From contig NW_014577088.1 in the NCBI RefSeq assembly GCF_000485595.1, forward strand, positions 385,810-424,583: DNA of 38,774 nt, in the 5' to 3' direction. Numbering within the stretch: position 1 is the first letter of the stretch; each line of letters begins with the position of its first letter. The stretch comes from Priapulus caudatus (Eukaryota). Position numbers and translations under genes: made by a program. Positions 14,988 to 25,800 of this stretch are shown here, piece by piece. The notes below the pieces were generated by a model. The model was not told the DNA's origin. It ran no database searches and saw nothing but the letters and a program-made list of their open reading frames with translations.

Positions 14988-15314
14988 GGATAGATAGATA
15001 TTTAGATATATTTTTGGAAGTATTTTTCTTTCAACCAAGTGGTCACCAACTGAGTGCTTTATTTCCCGGGCAACGCCAGGTATCCTGCTAGTTGGTCATA
15101 TTATTACCTCTCAAACCTGATTGTTTGTCTGTAAACATCATGTACTGAACTGACACAGTATACCCTGTTGCTCAGGACTCAGTTGTGTATCATGCCATCT
15201 ACACAACTACTATTTGTGCCGGCATCCCATTCGTGGGTGTTCTGGTTTTACTTATACCTTATGCAGATCTGGCCACGTCTTCGGTAGGATGTGGGTATGA
15301 ATGTCCACCTTCAT
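4160..15314 (-). CDS. ACMSD: 2-amino-3-carboxymuconate-6-semialdehyde decarboxylase; core exons 15258-15314, 8772-8913, 7825-7954, 7409-7565, 7189-7282, 6474-6593, 6069-6217, 5432-5530, 4160-4231
   Basis: Exons sum to 1020 nt (339 aa + stop): [26 protein letters not shown]...FRIIEENCW...|[20 protein letters not shown]...|[12 protein letters not shown]...|FVHPWDM...[15 protein letters not shown]...CFAHG...|[15 protein letters not shown]...|[15 protein letters not shown]...|[23 protein letters not shown]. The metal ligands HxH, H(PW) and D(YPF) are present. All introns are GT-AG. Confidence 0.96.
5432..5530 (-). CDS. ACMSD: ACMSD exon
   Basis: [33 protein letters not shown]. Confidence 0.93.
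6069..6217 (-). CDS. ACMSD: ACMSD exon
   Basis: [50 protein letters not shown]. Confidence 0.93.
6474..6593 (-). CDS. ACMSD: ACMSD exon
   Basis: [40 protein letters not shown]. Confidence 0.93.
7189..7282 (-). CDS. ACMSD: ACMSD exon
   Basis: [31 protein letters not shown]. Confidence 0.93.
7409..7565 (-). CDS. ACMSD: ACMSD exon
   Basis: [53 protein letters not shown]. Confidence 0.94.
7825..7954 (-). CDS. ACMSD: ACMSD exon
   Basis: [43 protein letters not shown], bounded by AG/GT. Confidence 0.93.
8772..8913 (-). CDS. ACMSD: ACMSD exon
   Basis: ttttcag|[47 protein letters not shown]|gtagg. Confidence 0.93.
11033..11902. mobile_element. Fold-back MITE with about 370-bp imperfect inverted arms
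   Basis: tcaggagtaga...tctactcctga termini in a TA-rich context; 11033-11400 is complementary to 11535-11902. Confidence 0.65.
12209..12267. repeat. (CA)n microsatellite
   Basis: Seen directly in the sequence. Confidence 0.95.
12292..13107. mobile_element. hAT-like non-autonomous element; inverted partial copy at about 10169-11003
   Basis: TIRs cagggttctccaag / cttggagaaacctg. Confidence 0.55.
14746..15000. repeat. (GATA)n microsatellite
   Basis: Seen directly in the sequence. Confidence 0.95.
15065..15091 (+). mobile_element. Helitron-like 3' terminus
   Basis: GC-rich imperfect hairpin cccgggcaacgccagg followed a few nt later by ctag|t, which is the Helitron 3' end architecture. Confidence 0.5.
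15258..15314 (-). CDS. ACMSD: ACMSD exon with canonical start and HxH motif
   Basis: [19 protein letters not shown]|gtataag. Confidence 0.92.
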
Positions 15315-15575
15315 TCCAAGTTCCAATCTTCTATCTATATTTTGATATATATATATACATATATATATTGTTATTTTATAATTTTTTTACATGAAATAAA
15401 TGATATAATATTCAATTACTAGTCAGGTTTTTTTCACAGGCCTTAAAAAGATATTGGGCCTGACATGACATTGAATTAGGCCTCCCTATTTGCAACATGC
15501 TATATGCTTTAAAGTGAGGATTTCTCATGATTTTACCAACCTTTTCCATATTTTCTCAGCCGTTCTGATACTTAC

Positions 15576-15611
15576 TGGTACTCCTTGCATAGCACCAAAT
15601 GAGTATAGAAA
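15576..15611 (-). CDS. ACMSD: Putative 36-nt ACMSD exon (N-terminal extension)
   Basis: cttgtttag|T TTC TAT ACT CAT TTG GTG CTA TGC AAG GAG TAC CA|gtaagt; phase 2-2, frame preserving. Confidence 0.5.
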
Positions 15612-15704
15612 CTAAACAAGGCTAACATGTCAGATAGCACTCGAACAACATTCTTTCCACCAACATGTGCATTTTCCACAGACATGCTATGTTTTAGTTT
15701 AATG

Positions 15705-15878
15705 CAGAGGTTCTTAACCTGTGGTCCATGGACCCCTTTGGGGTCCGTGAACCAGGCGCATTTGACACGCATTTATGTGCTTATGTGCATTTTTCTGGGG
15801 AGGGGTCTGTATAGCTTCCACCAGATTCTCAAAGGGGTCTTCAAAAAAGCATGACTCAAAAAAGGTTAAGAACCACTG
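15705..15878. mobile_element. hAT/Charlie-like MITE
   Basis: TIRs cagaggttcttaacct / aggttaagaaccactg. Confidence 0.7.
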
Positions 15879-16015
15879 TGTTTTAATATATACGTTTCTA
15901 AACTGAGTACCAGCCTTGTAAGGATTTTTTTAAAGGAATTTTTGTGATGTACGGTAATTTTGACTAATTTTTGGGAATCCTTAAGTGAGTATTCTTGTTG
16001 GGTTACATTCTTGGG

Positions 16016-16057
16016 TAGCTCTAGTACTATAGCCCGCGGGCTATAGTACTAGAGCTA
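16016..16057. mobile_element. 42-bp perfect palindrome, a TIR-only mini element with 9-bp TSD
   Basis: tagctctagtactatagcccg+cgggctatagtactagagcta, flanked by attcttggg on both sides (16007-16015, 16058-16066). Confidence 0.85.
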
Positions 16058-16245
16058 ATTCTTGGGTATCTAAACTGTACATAGCGGGTGCCGGGCACGA
16101 AGGAGACTACACTGCCATTGGTACTGGTGCTGGTAGAGCCATAAGCACTTGAAACGTTTCAATAAAAAAAGTTAAATAATTCGTGTTTATTTACCTTTTT
16201 ATTGAGACGTACGTTCCGTGCCTGTGGCTGTGGCTAGCGCCAAGG

Positions 16246-16890
16246 TAGCTCTAGTACTATAGCCCGTGTACATTAACTGCCGCAGGGCTATAGCAATTGT
16301 CAGCTGGAAATAGCATCAACACCGGTTCCTAAAGTTCCCACAAAAAATTGCTTTACAAAACGCAAAATGATCGGGCTTTTTAACCCTTAATTATCTATCT
16401 ACGTGGACATCTCACCTATCTTTTTGAACACTACACAACTTTAGACCATGTATTTATCCTTTTATTCCACAAAGTAAGCACTACTTCAAAATTCCGTTTG
16501 AAATGCTGTGTGTGCATGCGTGACGTCGCCTGAAATGTAGCTGCATCATAGCTGCCACAGTGTAGCTGCCATGTGTTTTGCCTATGATGCAGCTACATTT
16601 CGGGTGACGTCACGCGTGCACACACAGCATTTCAAACGGAATTTGGAAGTAGTGCTGGCACTTTGAGGAATAAATGCATAAATACCTTGTGTAAAGTTGT
16701 GGAAAGTGTTCAAAAAGATAGGTGAGATGTCCATGTTGATAGATAAGTGTTAAAAAGCCCGATCATTTTGCGTTTTGTAAAGCGATTTTTCGTGGGAACT
16801 TTGGGAACCGGTGTTGATGCTATTTCCAGCTGACAATGTGCTATATAGCCCTGCGGCAGTCAATGTACGCGGGCTATAGTACTAGAGCTA
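16246..16890. mobile_element. 645-bp fold-back MITE, same termini as the 42-bp element
   Basis: Near-perfect arms of about 305 bp beginning tagctctagtactatagcccg; flanking duplication tagcgccaagg. Confidence 0.88.
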
Positions 16891-17220
16891 TACTTATAGC
16901 GCCAAGGTAGCCCGACAATGCAGGCTGTGCGACCGATTGTCCATACCCCCCTACCCCCGTATGACCCCCCGTTTGTCTTCTAACCCTAGCAAGACCGTTT
17001 CTTGGAGCTAGAGCCAAGGATTGACGGGGCTCTGTTCACTATGATAATATCATTATGTTGTGTATGTGCCAGTTCTGGGGCCTCCAGGTTAGCCGTGTCT
17101 GTCTATTCACCCTCGACTAACTCTCAATATATTAAAAGTACGCTACGAGTTTCACCTCCGTACAGTACATAATTACGACCGTTCACTGCGATAATGTGTA
17201 CATTCTGAGCTCAGACTTAC

Positions 17221-17276
17221 CTTACAGCTACAATAAAATGACAACTCAATGTACGTGTTATTAGCCGCGTGTACAT
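17221..17276 (-). CDS. ACMSD: Putative upstream first exon of ACMSD (N-terminal extension)
   Basis: ATG TAC ACG CGG...GCT GTA AG|gtaagt with a consensus donor. It is in frame with the 36-nt exon 15576-15611 and with the acceptor at 15330/15331. Confidence 0.5.
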
Positions 17277-17568
17277 ACACAAGATTTCGATCTATGGCGC
17301 TGGTGTTATGCGTGACACTAGCGCCGTCTAACGACAAATACGCAAAATGTTCCAGGTGGCGGATCTACGTCTAAACGTGGCACTGCCACTGCTTGGCCAT
17401 CGCATGATAGCATCACTTAGCCGATTATATCATTGTAAATAATAATATCAACTATCAAGAGCTAATGCTACATAGAGTGTATATCAGGAAAACGGGAAAA
17501 TAGTGTTATAATTAGCTCTTGGTCATATGTTTTGTCTCTTACTCTTTTATTTATGGCGTGGATAAATT

Positions 17569-18014
17569 TAGATACAATAATGTAACCCAAACCCAGGATA
17601 GACTGGATGGATGGACATGGGCGGATCCAGAGGGGGAGTCCAGGGGGTCCGGACCCCCCCCTTTTTTACCCCCAAAAAGGGAAAAAATGGAAAATACATA
17701 AAAGATAATTTTCTGCTTAAAAATTCCATCTTGGATTCTAGACATCAAAATTACTGCTCAGATGCTCTCAGAATACACAATTTTTTTTAAAATTCTTGGG
17801 GGAGGTCCCCCAAACCCCCTCCCCCCTAAGTCGCAAACGTGCCTTAGACACGCCGCATAAGCTGCCTTCGGCACCTTTTTAAAACACCAGAAAAATTAAG
17901 CAGGAAAAGTGCCCTTTATTTCTTACTGGACCCCCCCTTTTTCAAACAGCTGGATCCGCCCATGATGGACCAGGATGGACCCTATCCTGGGTTTGGGTTA
18001 CATTATTGTATCTA
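17569..18014. mobile_element. MITE with 33-bp TIRs and 9-bp TSD (Mutator-like), carrying a nested element
   Basis: TIR tagatacaataatgtaacccaaacccaggatag and its perfect complement; TSD ggataaatt at 17560-17568 and 18015-18023. Confidence 0.85.
17616..17964. mobile_element. Nested MITE
   Basis: TIR catgggcggatccag / ctggatccgcccatg, flanked by atgga on both sides. Confidence 0.8.
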
Positions 18015-18049
18015 GGATAAATTATGCGACCATGCAGAAGCTGTGCAGT

Positions 18050-18142
18050 AACTTTTATATAAGCCGTCGAAATACAGTGGTAATTTAAATTATACTGCAC
18101 AGTATAATTTAACACTGTATTTCGACGGTTTAAATAAAAGTT
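18050..18142. repeat. About 90-bp imperfect palindrome, probably a MITE remnant
   Basis: aactttta..ccgtcgaaatacagtg..aaattatactg ca cagtataattt..cactgtatttcgacgg..taaaagtt. Confidence 0.7.
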
Positions 18143-18616
18143 TCTTCTCGTGCTCTCTTGGTTTACTCATGTTACGTATGATCGACTGTGATGGCGCCGG
18201 TAACTTTTGAAGTGTTTGACTATAGCCCTATACCCACCCACGCACGAACACACGTACGCACGCACACACACGCGCACGCACGCACACACACGCGCGCGCA
18301 CGCACGCACACACACGTACGCAAACACGCACATACACTCAATTAATAATTGTGTTAATTACTTGGTTATGGAAATCATGTTGGTTGACATTAATAATAAT
18401 AATTAATGTTGATTGTAATTAACATATCTGACGGGAGTGATTGGTCGCGACCTAGCTGTTAGATATAGTGGCGTTATAAAGCGCATTTTAGCAACGAAGT
18501 GTCGCGGAGACGAGTTTAGTTTGCGAGCGTAAAGAACGCGTAAAAACTAGTATATATAGCTAAACGGATATAGCAGCAATGTGCAAGGGGACCTCAGTGT
18601 TATTTTCCACCATGTA

Positions 18617-18663
<47 letters not shown>

Positions 18664-19799
18664 TAATATGTAAATTTTGTACGGCACCATAAGATGTCCG
18701 CGTAGCGTCGTATTTTCATTCCTTTATTATCCATGAAGTTGTCTTCACAATACAACGTCGCACATTACCAAGGTCACCGTTTAAAAGCATTACAGAAAAA
18801 AGCGCCGTGATGGGACGTCGACGGCGTACCACCGAATGAGTGCAGGATGACATTTTTAGAATAGTGAGAAAGATCAGCGATAGAAGTGTAAAGAAACCAT
18901 TTATATTTTTTAACATTTTTTATTTAATTATGTACATTAGTCCAACAAGAAGACAACAGAATTACACATACGTAAGTACACACGGCGTTGTACTACACAG
19001 CTAGGTAAAACTTACGGGTAAATAGGAAATGACAGCTGTCAAGTCCTGTGTCAGCTCGTGACAATAGTTTAGGCCATCTCAGTAGGTAAATGCTGACCAA
19101 TGAGGTCGAAATAAACACATCCACAGTAAAACGACAAAACCGCACAAATGCCCCCAGTTTAGTTTTTGTGTCAACACAAATACAAATTGGGACAAAATCC
19201 CCAGTACACGTCCATATGGCTGTATTCACGCGAAACATGAAAACGACGATATTCACTAGACACCAGTATGTAACACAAAATACTGAAATTCAATACTTAC
19301 GTACTTTCCTAACCTAGGGACGCATTTTCCTAACGTAGGAAAGCACGGGTGAACACCGGCCAGACAGAACGAACAAAAGTTTTCCATCAAAACCACACAT
19401 CGATAGTCTGACTCAGCCCTGCACAACCTATATGCTGCATGGCTACTGGATCATATTATCCCGTGTCGAATTCTCTGCAAATATACTGCCATTTGTACGA
19501 GTACTAGTGTGTGTGCGTGCGTGCACGTCCGACTGGACTGGCCGTGACTCAGCCAGCTTTATTGGTCAGATAAATGCACTTACTATAACAATGTCACGTC
19601 TTACAGCCACACCTGACTTGAAACATGAAGAAGGCAGAATGAACTGCGTAAGAAGGTGCTATTAAAGCCGGTATACGACATAAAGTATTCTTATATGATA
19701 GACCCTCTACAATAACTCCGGGCTTGTGCAACAAGCTCTTGTAAACGGCAAGTAACCAGATTCGACTTAACCACCAATAACATATCATCAATAAGCAAG

Positions 19800-19862
<63 letters not shown>

Positions 19863-21047
19863 GTTTGCCGCTAGCGAACAAATTAGACGTTTTCATACAT
19901 TCTGATGGGCAATATACGCGTGATAAAATAACAAACTGTCACACCAAAAAAATCTGCAATGTAAATAATACTGTAACAGCAAAGTTGTTCATACAAAATT
20001 GTCTGAATAAATTAAGGTAAATCGTCATCCCGAAGAGACTACCCAATCCTAGGCAATATTGTGTGTTCATACTAAAGTTCCTGATCTCGGTGGTATCAAC
20101 CGTAGATGAATGCACAAGTGCAGTTATATCAAGTGCAGTTATATTACAATCGTAACTTCGTTGCTGTCCGATTAATTAAATCACGAGCATAATCTGTCGA
20201 AACGGGGTTACTTACTCCTACAATTTTTGTGGGAGTAACTTTACTTTCTTACAATTTTTTACACTATTACAAACTAGTGTCCATTGATAGCAGCTAGCCC
20301 ATCTCACGAAAACTTCTTTCACCAACAAGGTAAAGGCATTAACAGTTCTACGGAGATCATAATTGTACGCAACAGCTTATATATATAATTATGTACACCG
20401 AAATCACTGCCAGTAATAAGCACTTCATAACTAACGGACTGATACCGAGTGATGATCTATAACATTACAGGACAAAGGTAGGCCATTGAACCGTTCATCA
20501 CTGCTAATTTGTGTGATGTCGGAGGCATTTGAATCTAATCTCTATCATTAACCTGCGACTAATGACGTGCGACTTCATCAAAACATCGTGTTCACTTACA
20601 AAACAATTCGACTGAATGGCTCAATGCAAAAGGCACCTTGAATTGGTAAACTGAATATAGCGTTGGCGCCTCAATTAAATCCAGCAGCTCAATATTTCTC
20701 AACATGTACGCAATAGTTAAATGCTATTTACAATGATGACTTATATAACATAGTGCTTTTGTAATATTTTTTTTATAATAGTTGTAATAGCTATATTCTT
20801 ATTTAGGACTATTAATTACAATCACCTAAATAGGCCATATCAGATCATATTAAAACAACATCCACTGTTGCTCACATTTTGGTAGCTCGTCCCTCCCAAC
20901 CCTTTCATAAACATATCTTCATCAAAACTACCTTAAAAATTCCCCACTTTATACTTATAAAAAGTACCGTCATCTTATACCACATTTCCTATTCAGCCCA
21001 TGCGCATATGCTGCAACATTTGACAACAAGTGATAATGTGTGATTAC

Positions 21048-21080
<33 letters not shown>

Positions 21081-21509
21081 ACACACATATATATAATAGG
21101 AGCCCCACTGTTCTGACTCTACTTCTGCAAAAAATCGCACCGAAAATTCACATACAAGACCTTACAGCATATTTTAGCCATGCCACAGATAAATTTCTTC
21201 CACCGCATATTGCTAACCTTTATATCATGCTTCATCCTATCTATAAACTATATTTTAAACTATATCTCAGCATAATAACAAACAAACAAATCTTCACAGA
21301 ACTAATGTCAGAACAGTTAGGTGGAGTTCTACATCCACCCCGAGTCTTCCACCTATATATATATCTTTATGGACTTATACAATTGGTCCTATATTAATTG
21401 GTACACGAGAGTGAATAAAATATATAACTCGAATAAAGTGTACAATAACAAAATATAAATAACAATGAACGACAAGTAACGGGGGGAGGGGGGGATATCT
21501 AACTCCGGT

Positions 21510-22825
21510 TTAGCTGCTGGATTTCTCCACTTTGATTGGTATGCAGCCGAGTGGGATCAAGGATCCTGGATGCTTCTCTGAGCTCTTTGTGCTTAGGTTG
21601 AGCGGCTCGCACCGATCCATCGTCGGTCTAGGGGGCGCCACGTGAGGCTGCATGGTCACTGGGTATGTGGGCCTGGTCATGCCTGGTGGGAAGAATGTCG
21701 AGAACTGCGGCGAGTACGCCAGCGCGCCGCCGCCCACCGTCATGCGCGGCGCGTACGCCGCGCCGGGCCGCGTCGCCGCGGAGACGACGCCGGCGTCCCA
21801 CGCGCGCCGCGCGGCGTCCGGGTACGGGTAGCTCGGCACGGTGATGCGCGCCGGCTTCGTGTCCTTGGCGTCAGCGAAGCGGTTGACGACCAACGCCAGC
21901 TGCGAGACGTGGTTGACGGGGCAGGCGGCGGCGTCTGTGCGGAGGACGAGTCCGTCGGCCGGCACGTCCTTCACCTCGTGTTTCGGCTCGAACGGCGACG
22001 CGCAGCGCGGCCGCGGCGCGTCGGGCAACGCGCGGTGAGCGCGGAACTTCTTGTGCGGCTTGTACATGGTGGCGGCGCCGTCGGAGAGCGAGCTGCGCGG
22101 TGAGTCCGGCTCCGAGCGGTCGGACAGCTCCGAATCGCCGCCGCGCTCGTAGTGACCGGCGGCCGGCGGGCCGCCGCCGACGGACACCCGTCCGTCGGAG
22201 AAGTCGGACGCGTCGCCATCGCGGCGCAGCATCAGCACGTCGAAGCGGCGCATCGAGTCAAGCGAGACAGGGCTCACCTGAGACGCGTCGCTGCTGTCTG
22301 TGTCAAGCGGGCTGAGCGAGCCCTCCTTGCGGCGACGCCGCGGGTCCTGCGCGAACGGCATGACGACGTGCGGCATCTGCTCCCACGGCCGCTGGATACA
22401 CGGCAGCGGCGCGACCCTGCGACCCCCGCTGCCGCCGCCGCCGCGCGCGAGGCCCCCGGCCGGGGTCGGCGAGACGGTCGACGAGACGCCGTTGGCTGGC
22501 GGCGGCATCGGCGGACGCGCGATGCCCGTGAGCGCGCTAAAGAGGCGCTCGTTGCTTGCGGGCATCTCGTGCTGCAGCGGCGATGAGGATGAGGACGACG
22601 ACGACGACGACGACGAGCTGGTGATGGCGTACGGGTCCATCTTGAAGGCGAGCAGCTTCTCGCTGTGCAGCGTGTTGAGCGTGCGCAGGTCGGGCACCTT
22701 CATGATGAGGCGCGCGAACAGCGACGGACCCTCGGCGTGGTTCTCCCTGATCACCGTCTGCAGTGACTGGATGATCTTGTCCTGCATTTTCTCAATGCAC
22801 TCCAGATTTCTGATGCCTGGACGGT
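21510..22825 (-). CDS. E75: E75 last exon: LBD end plus long F domain
   Basis: ccgcag|DRPGIRN...[19 protein letters not shown]...YKPHKKFR...PLNLSTK...IKVEKSSS*; same frame as ORF 21510..22847. Confidence 0.93.
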
Positions 22826-25800
22826 CTGCGGAAACAACAGTGCTCACTCGTTAACGATCGTAAACTTCGGAGCTTCGGTTCGGGCCCCTCAGACTGTGCA
22901 AAGATTAATTACTGTTATCGCAATAATGCAGCCAAGTGCTTATGTAGCCGGCGCCGAGAGCTAAAATCAATGTAATTGTTACTGAAACCAGAAAATTTGT
23001 TTACGACCAATAACCACAGTTTACAACATTTCCGACCGACAGATGGCGCCATGTGGTTAGCTGCCTTACACTAGCTTACCTGGCGCAATTAGGACTACAG
23101 CACAGAAGAGGCCGATTTCGCCGTCTGTTAGGTGCAGAGTATTTACTCGCTCCGCAAAGTCGAACATGGAGTTGATGAGGAATCCGGCATTGCCCTTTGT
23201 TTGCCCGATATCACGCTTGTAGATCTGTCCGTTGACGAACATCATCGTGTTGCTCTGAGGGTCGAACATGCAAGCCAGTCGCACCAGCAGCACCTCAAAC
23301 ACTCCCGCCTGCAAACAGATCACCCACCCCTTAAAACAACGACACACAAAGCTGAGGCTGACACAGAATATCACTTGCGACCATTACTTGCAGCCCGAAG
23401 GGATGAATACGTTTCATAGAGTAATAAGATGGATGCACCTATCGAGTGGAAAGGCGAGTAATAGAATAATAATGGAGTAGTGACATCAGCGAGAGAGCCA
23501 AGCGCGATCTCTCAAGATTGGTATTATTGATTTTTTTCTAAATAATATGGCAACATATAGGCGTGACATACATTCGCTGCTGCCCCATATCGCATATAAA
23601 CATGAAGAAGGGGGTGGTCTCCGAATGTACGTACCTTGAGTAAGGTGACCTGGTCGTCTTGGCAGAGTATGCTGAAGCCTGGAATGCGCTTTGCAAATTC
23701 CACTACGCCGCGAATGGCCGGAGTGAATTTCTCTGAGAAGTCCTCCAACATTTGTGAGTTGTCCTTGAACCCCGTGCCCGAGGGATTTGGGTTGAGCGGA
23801 CAGGCCTGCAACAATCGGAGCGAGGAGTTGGTTAACTTGGTTTTCTCATACATTTGGTTTTCTATGTGCCGGTTAATCATGACACACTGCAGGTGTTAGG
23901 GACTAATGCTGCATTGCAAGCATAATGAATCTAGATTCTGCTGCGACAAACAAGTCGAGTGGGCCTTCGACTTTTTTACTTCGAGCGCAAACTTTCTTGA
24001 CGATGGCCATTCATTTATCCCGCTTAATCAGATAATATGAGCCACTTGTATCAAAAGCTTGCAACAGAAATTCCCTACAATTAACCAGAGCTACATAGAA
24101 TTAATAAGTGTACAGGAAGAGCAGAAAAGATTCCTACTGTAATTCACCATGATTTGACTATTTTACGGACACTAGCACAATACACAACGTTGATTCAAGC
24201 TCCACTGTCGTCATCTATGGACACAAAATGGCTATAAAATGTGCACATTTGAGTGTACTTACAATATTCGCCCCGAAGTAAAGAGAAATAAGTTGTGAAG
24301 ACGTTAATAATGGTAAGATCACAATGACAACACGTTTAACACCTAAAACTTCATCTACACCACAGACTCATTTTCTGCTTCTTCTCTAAACGTGATACAG
24401 CATACTTCAATTCAAGGCTCTAACCTAAAATTCAAAGCATTAACAAATGCTACACTACAATTTCGAATCATAGCAAACACATGCTATTATAAATCTCAGT
24501 GCAACAAAATAATTTGCTTCTAAAAGAGGCAACATTAGATTGGTACAATAATGCTTGTTAGCGGCAGAAGACTACACACTGCAACATTGCATAATACGTC
24601 CTACTTGCATGATCTATTATACTCGCTGTGAGGACAAATCCGACGTGCGACGGAAACTACCAATGCAACAATCGAGTTCATTTCGAGTCTCACCATGCAT
24701 TACGAAAAAGCAAGCGAGGACAGACGTGTCACCTGAAACAGGAGGCGGATTCTTACCATCTGGGTGGGGCAGGTGGCGTATTTAGGGTTACAGCGCGCCT
24801 TGTCAAACAGCGCTGCCACCTTGGAGCGTGTGTACTCGCACGTCTCCATGTGCGCCTGCATGATGGCGTTCATCAGCTTTTCTTCGTCCTCCAGCTCCGC
24901 CTGCAGTGCATTGATCTGTGACTGTTGATTAGCTCGCTGCATCTCAGCCAGTATCTTCGCCTTCTCCCGCTTCGGTACCCGGCCGAACCGCACCGCTAAA
25001 CGACAAAGACGAGCAAAACGTCAGAACAGGGAGTCGGCACAAATGTTACTACGTTTCGATACATTGCAACTAACATGCAGCCAACGCCGCTGGCCTCTTT
25101 ATATTTTGCCATGTGAGACCGCCAGTGTGTTACGGAATAAGTTGTCAACTCGTGCATAAATACAAAATCTCAAGCTGGGTTTACACTGACGATTTTATGC
25201 GGGCGACTTGGCGTTTTTCTTCTTTCTACCAACCTCTCTATAAATATTCAAAGCGACCGCGAGGCGGCAAACGTTTCAACATTTGACCCGTAGGTACGCG
25301 CGGGGCACCGCCGATACGAATTTTTGCATGTATTCCACGCCGCCAGCGTGGCGCCCATAGCAAAAACGTGTTCTACCCCTAGGGTGGAGGCACACGCCTC
25401 CTGATTGCTGTTCTCTGATTGGCCACTTGGCAAAAAAACGTCCGACTCGACCGCTCCGAGTCGGCGAAATTAGATTTCCCAACTCGCTGCGCCCGATCGG
25501 TTGGTCGTCCAACTTTTGCGTTTACACTGCCGATTGTCAGTTGCCAACTGGCCAAGTTCGTACAATTTGGCAATTCGGCAACACAAAATCGTCAGTGTAA
25601 ACCCAGCTTCACACACCCACTCAGAGCGGTCACATGAGGTCAAAAACGAACAAAAAAGCCGCACGCGTGTGTGCAAACCTCATTCCTAGGGTATCACTGA
25701 AAGTGACAGGTATACGCCATTGCCTAAGGGCAGCGATGACACTGTCTAAACAGGTAAACGTGTGTTCTTAATGAATAGCAGCAAGTCATTACCAGGAACG

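Noticed and set aside
14808..15038. ORF of IYLS repeats
   Set aside because: Translation of the (TATC)n microsatellite.
21642..22854. Several long + strand ORFs (153, 144 and 184 aa)
   Set aside because: Antisense shadows of the GC-rich E75 last exon, with no recognisable domain.
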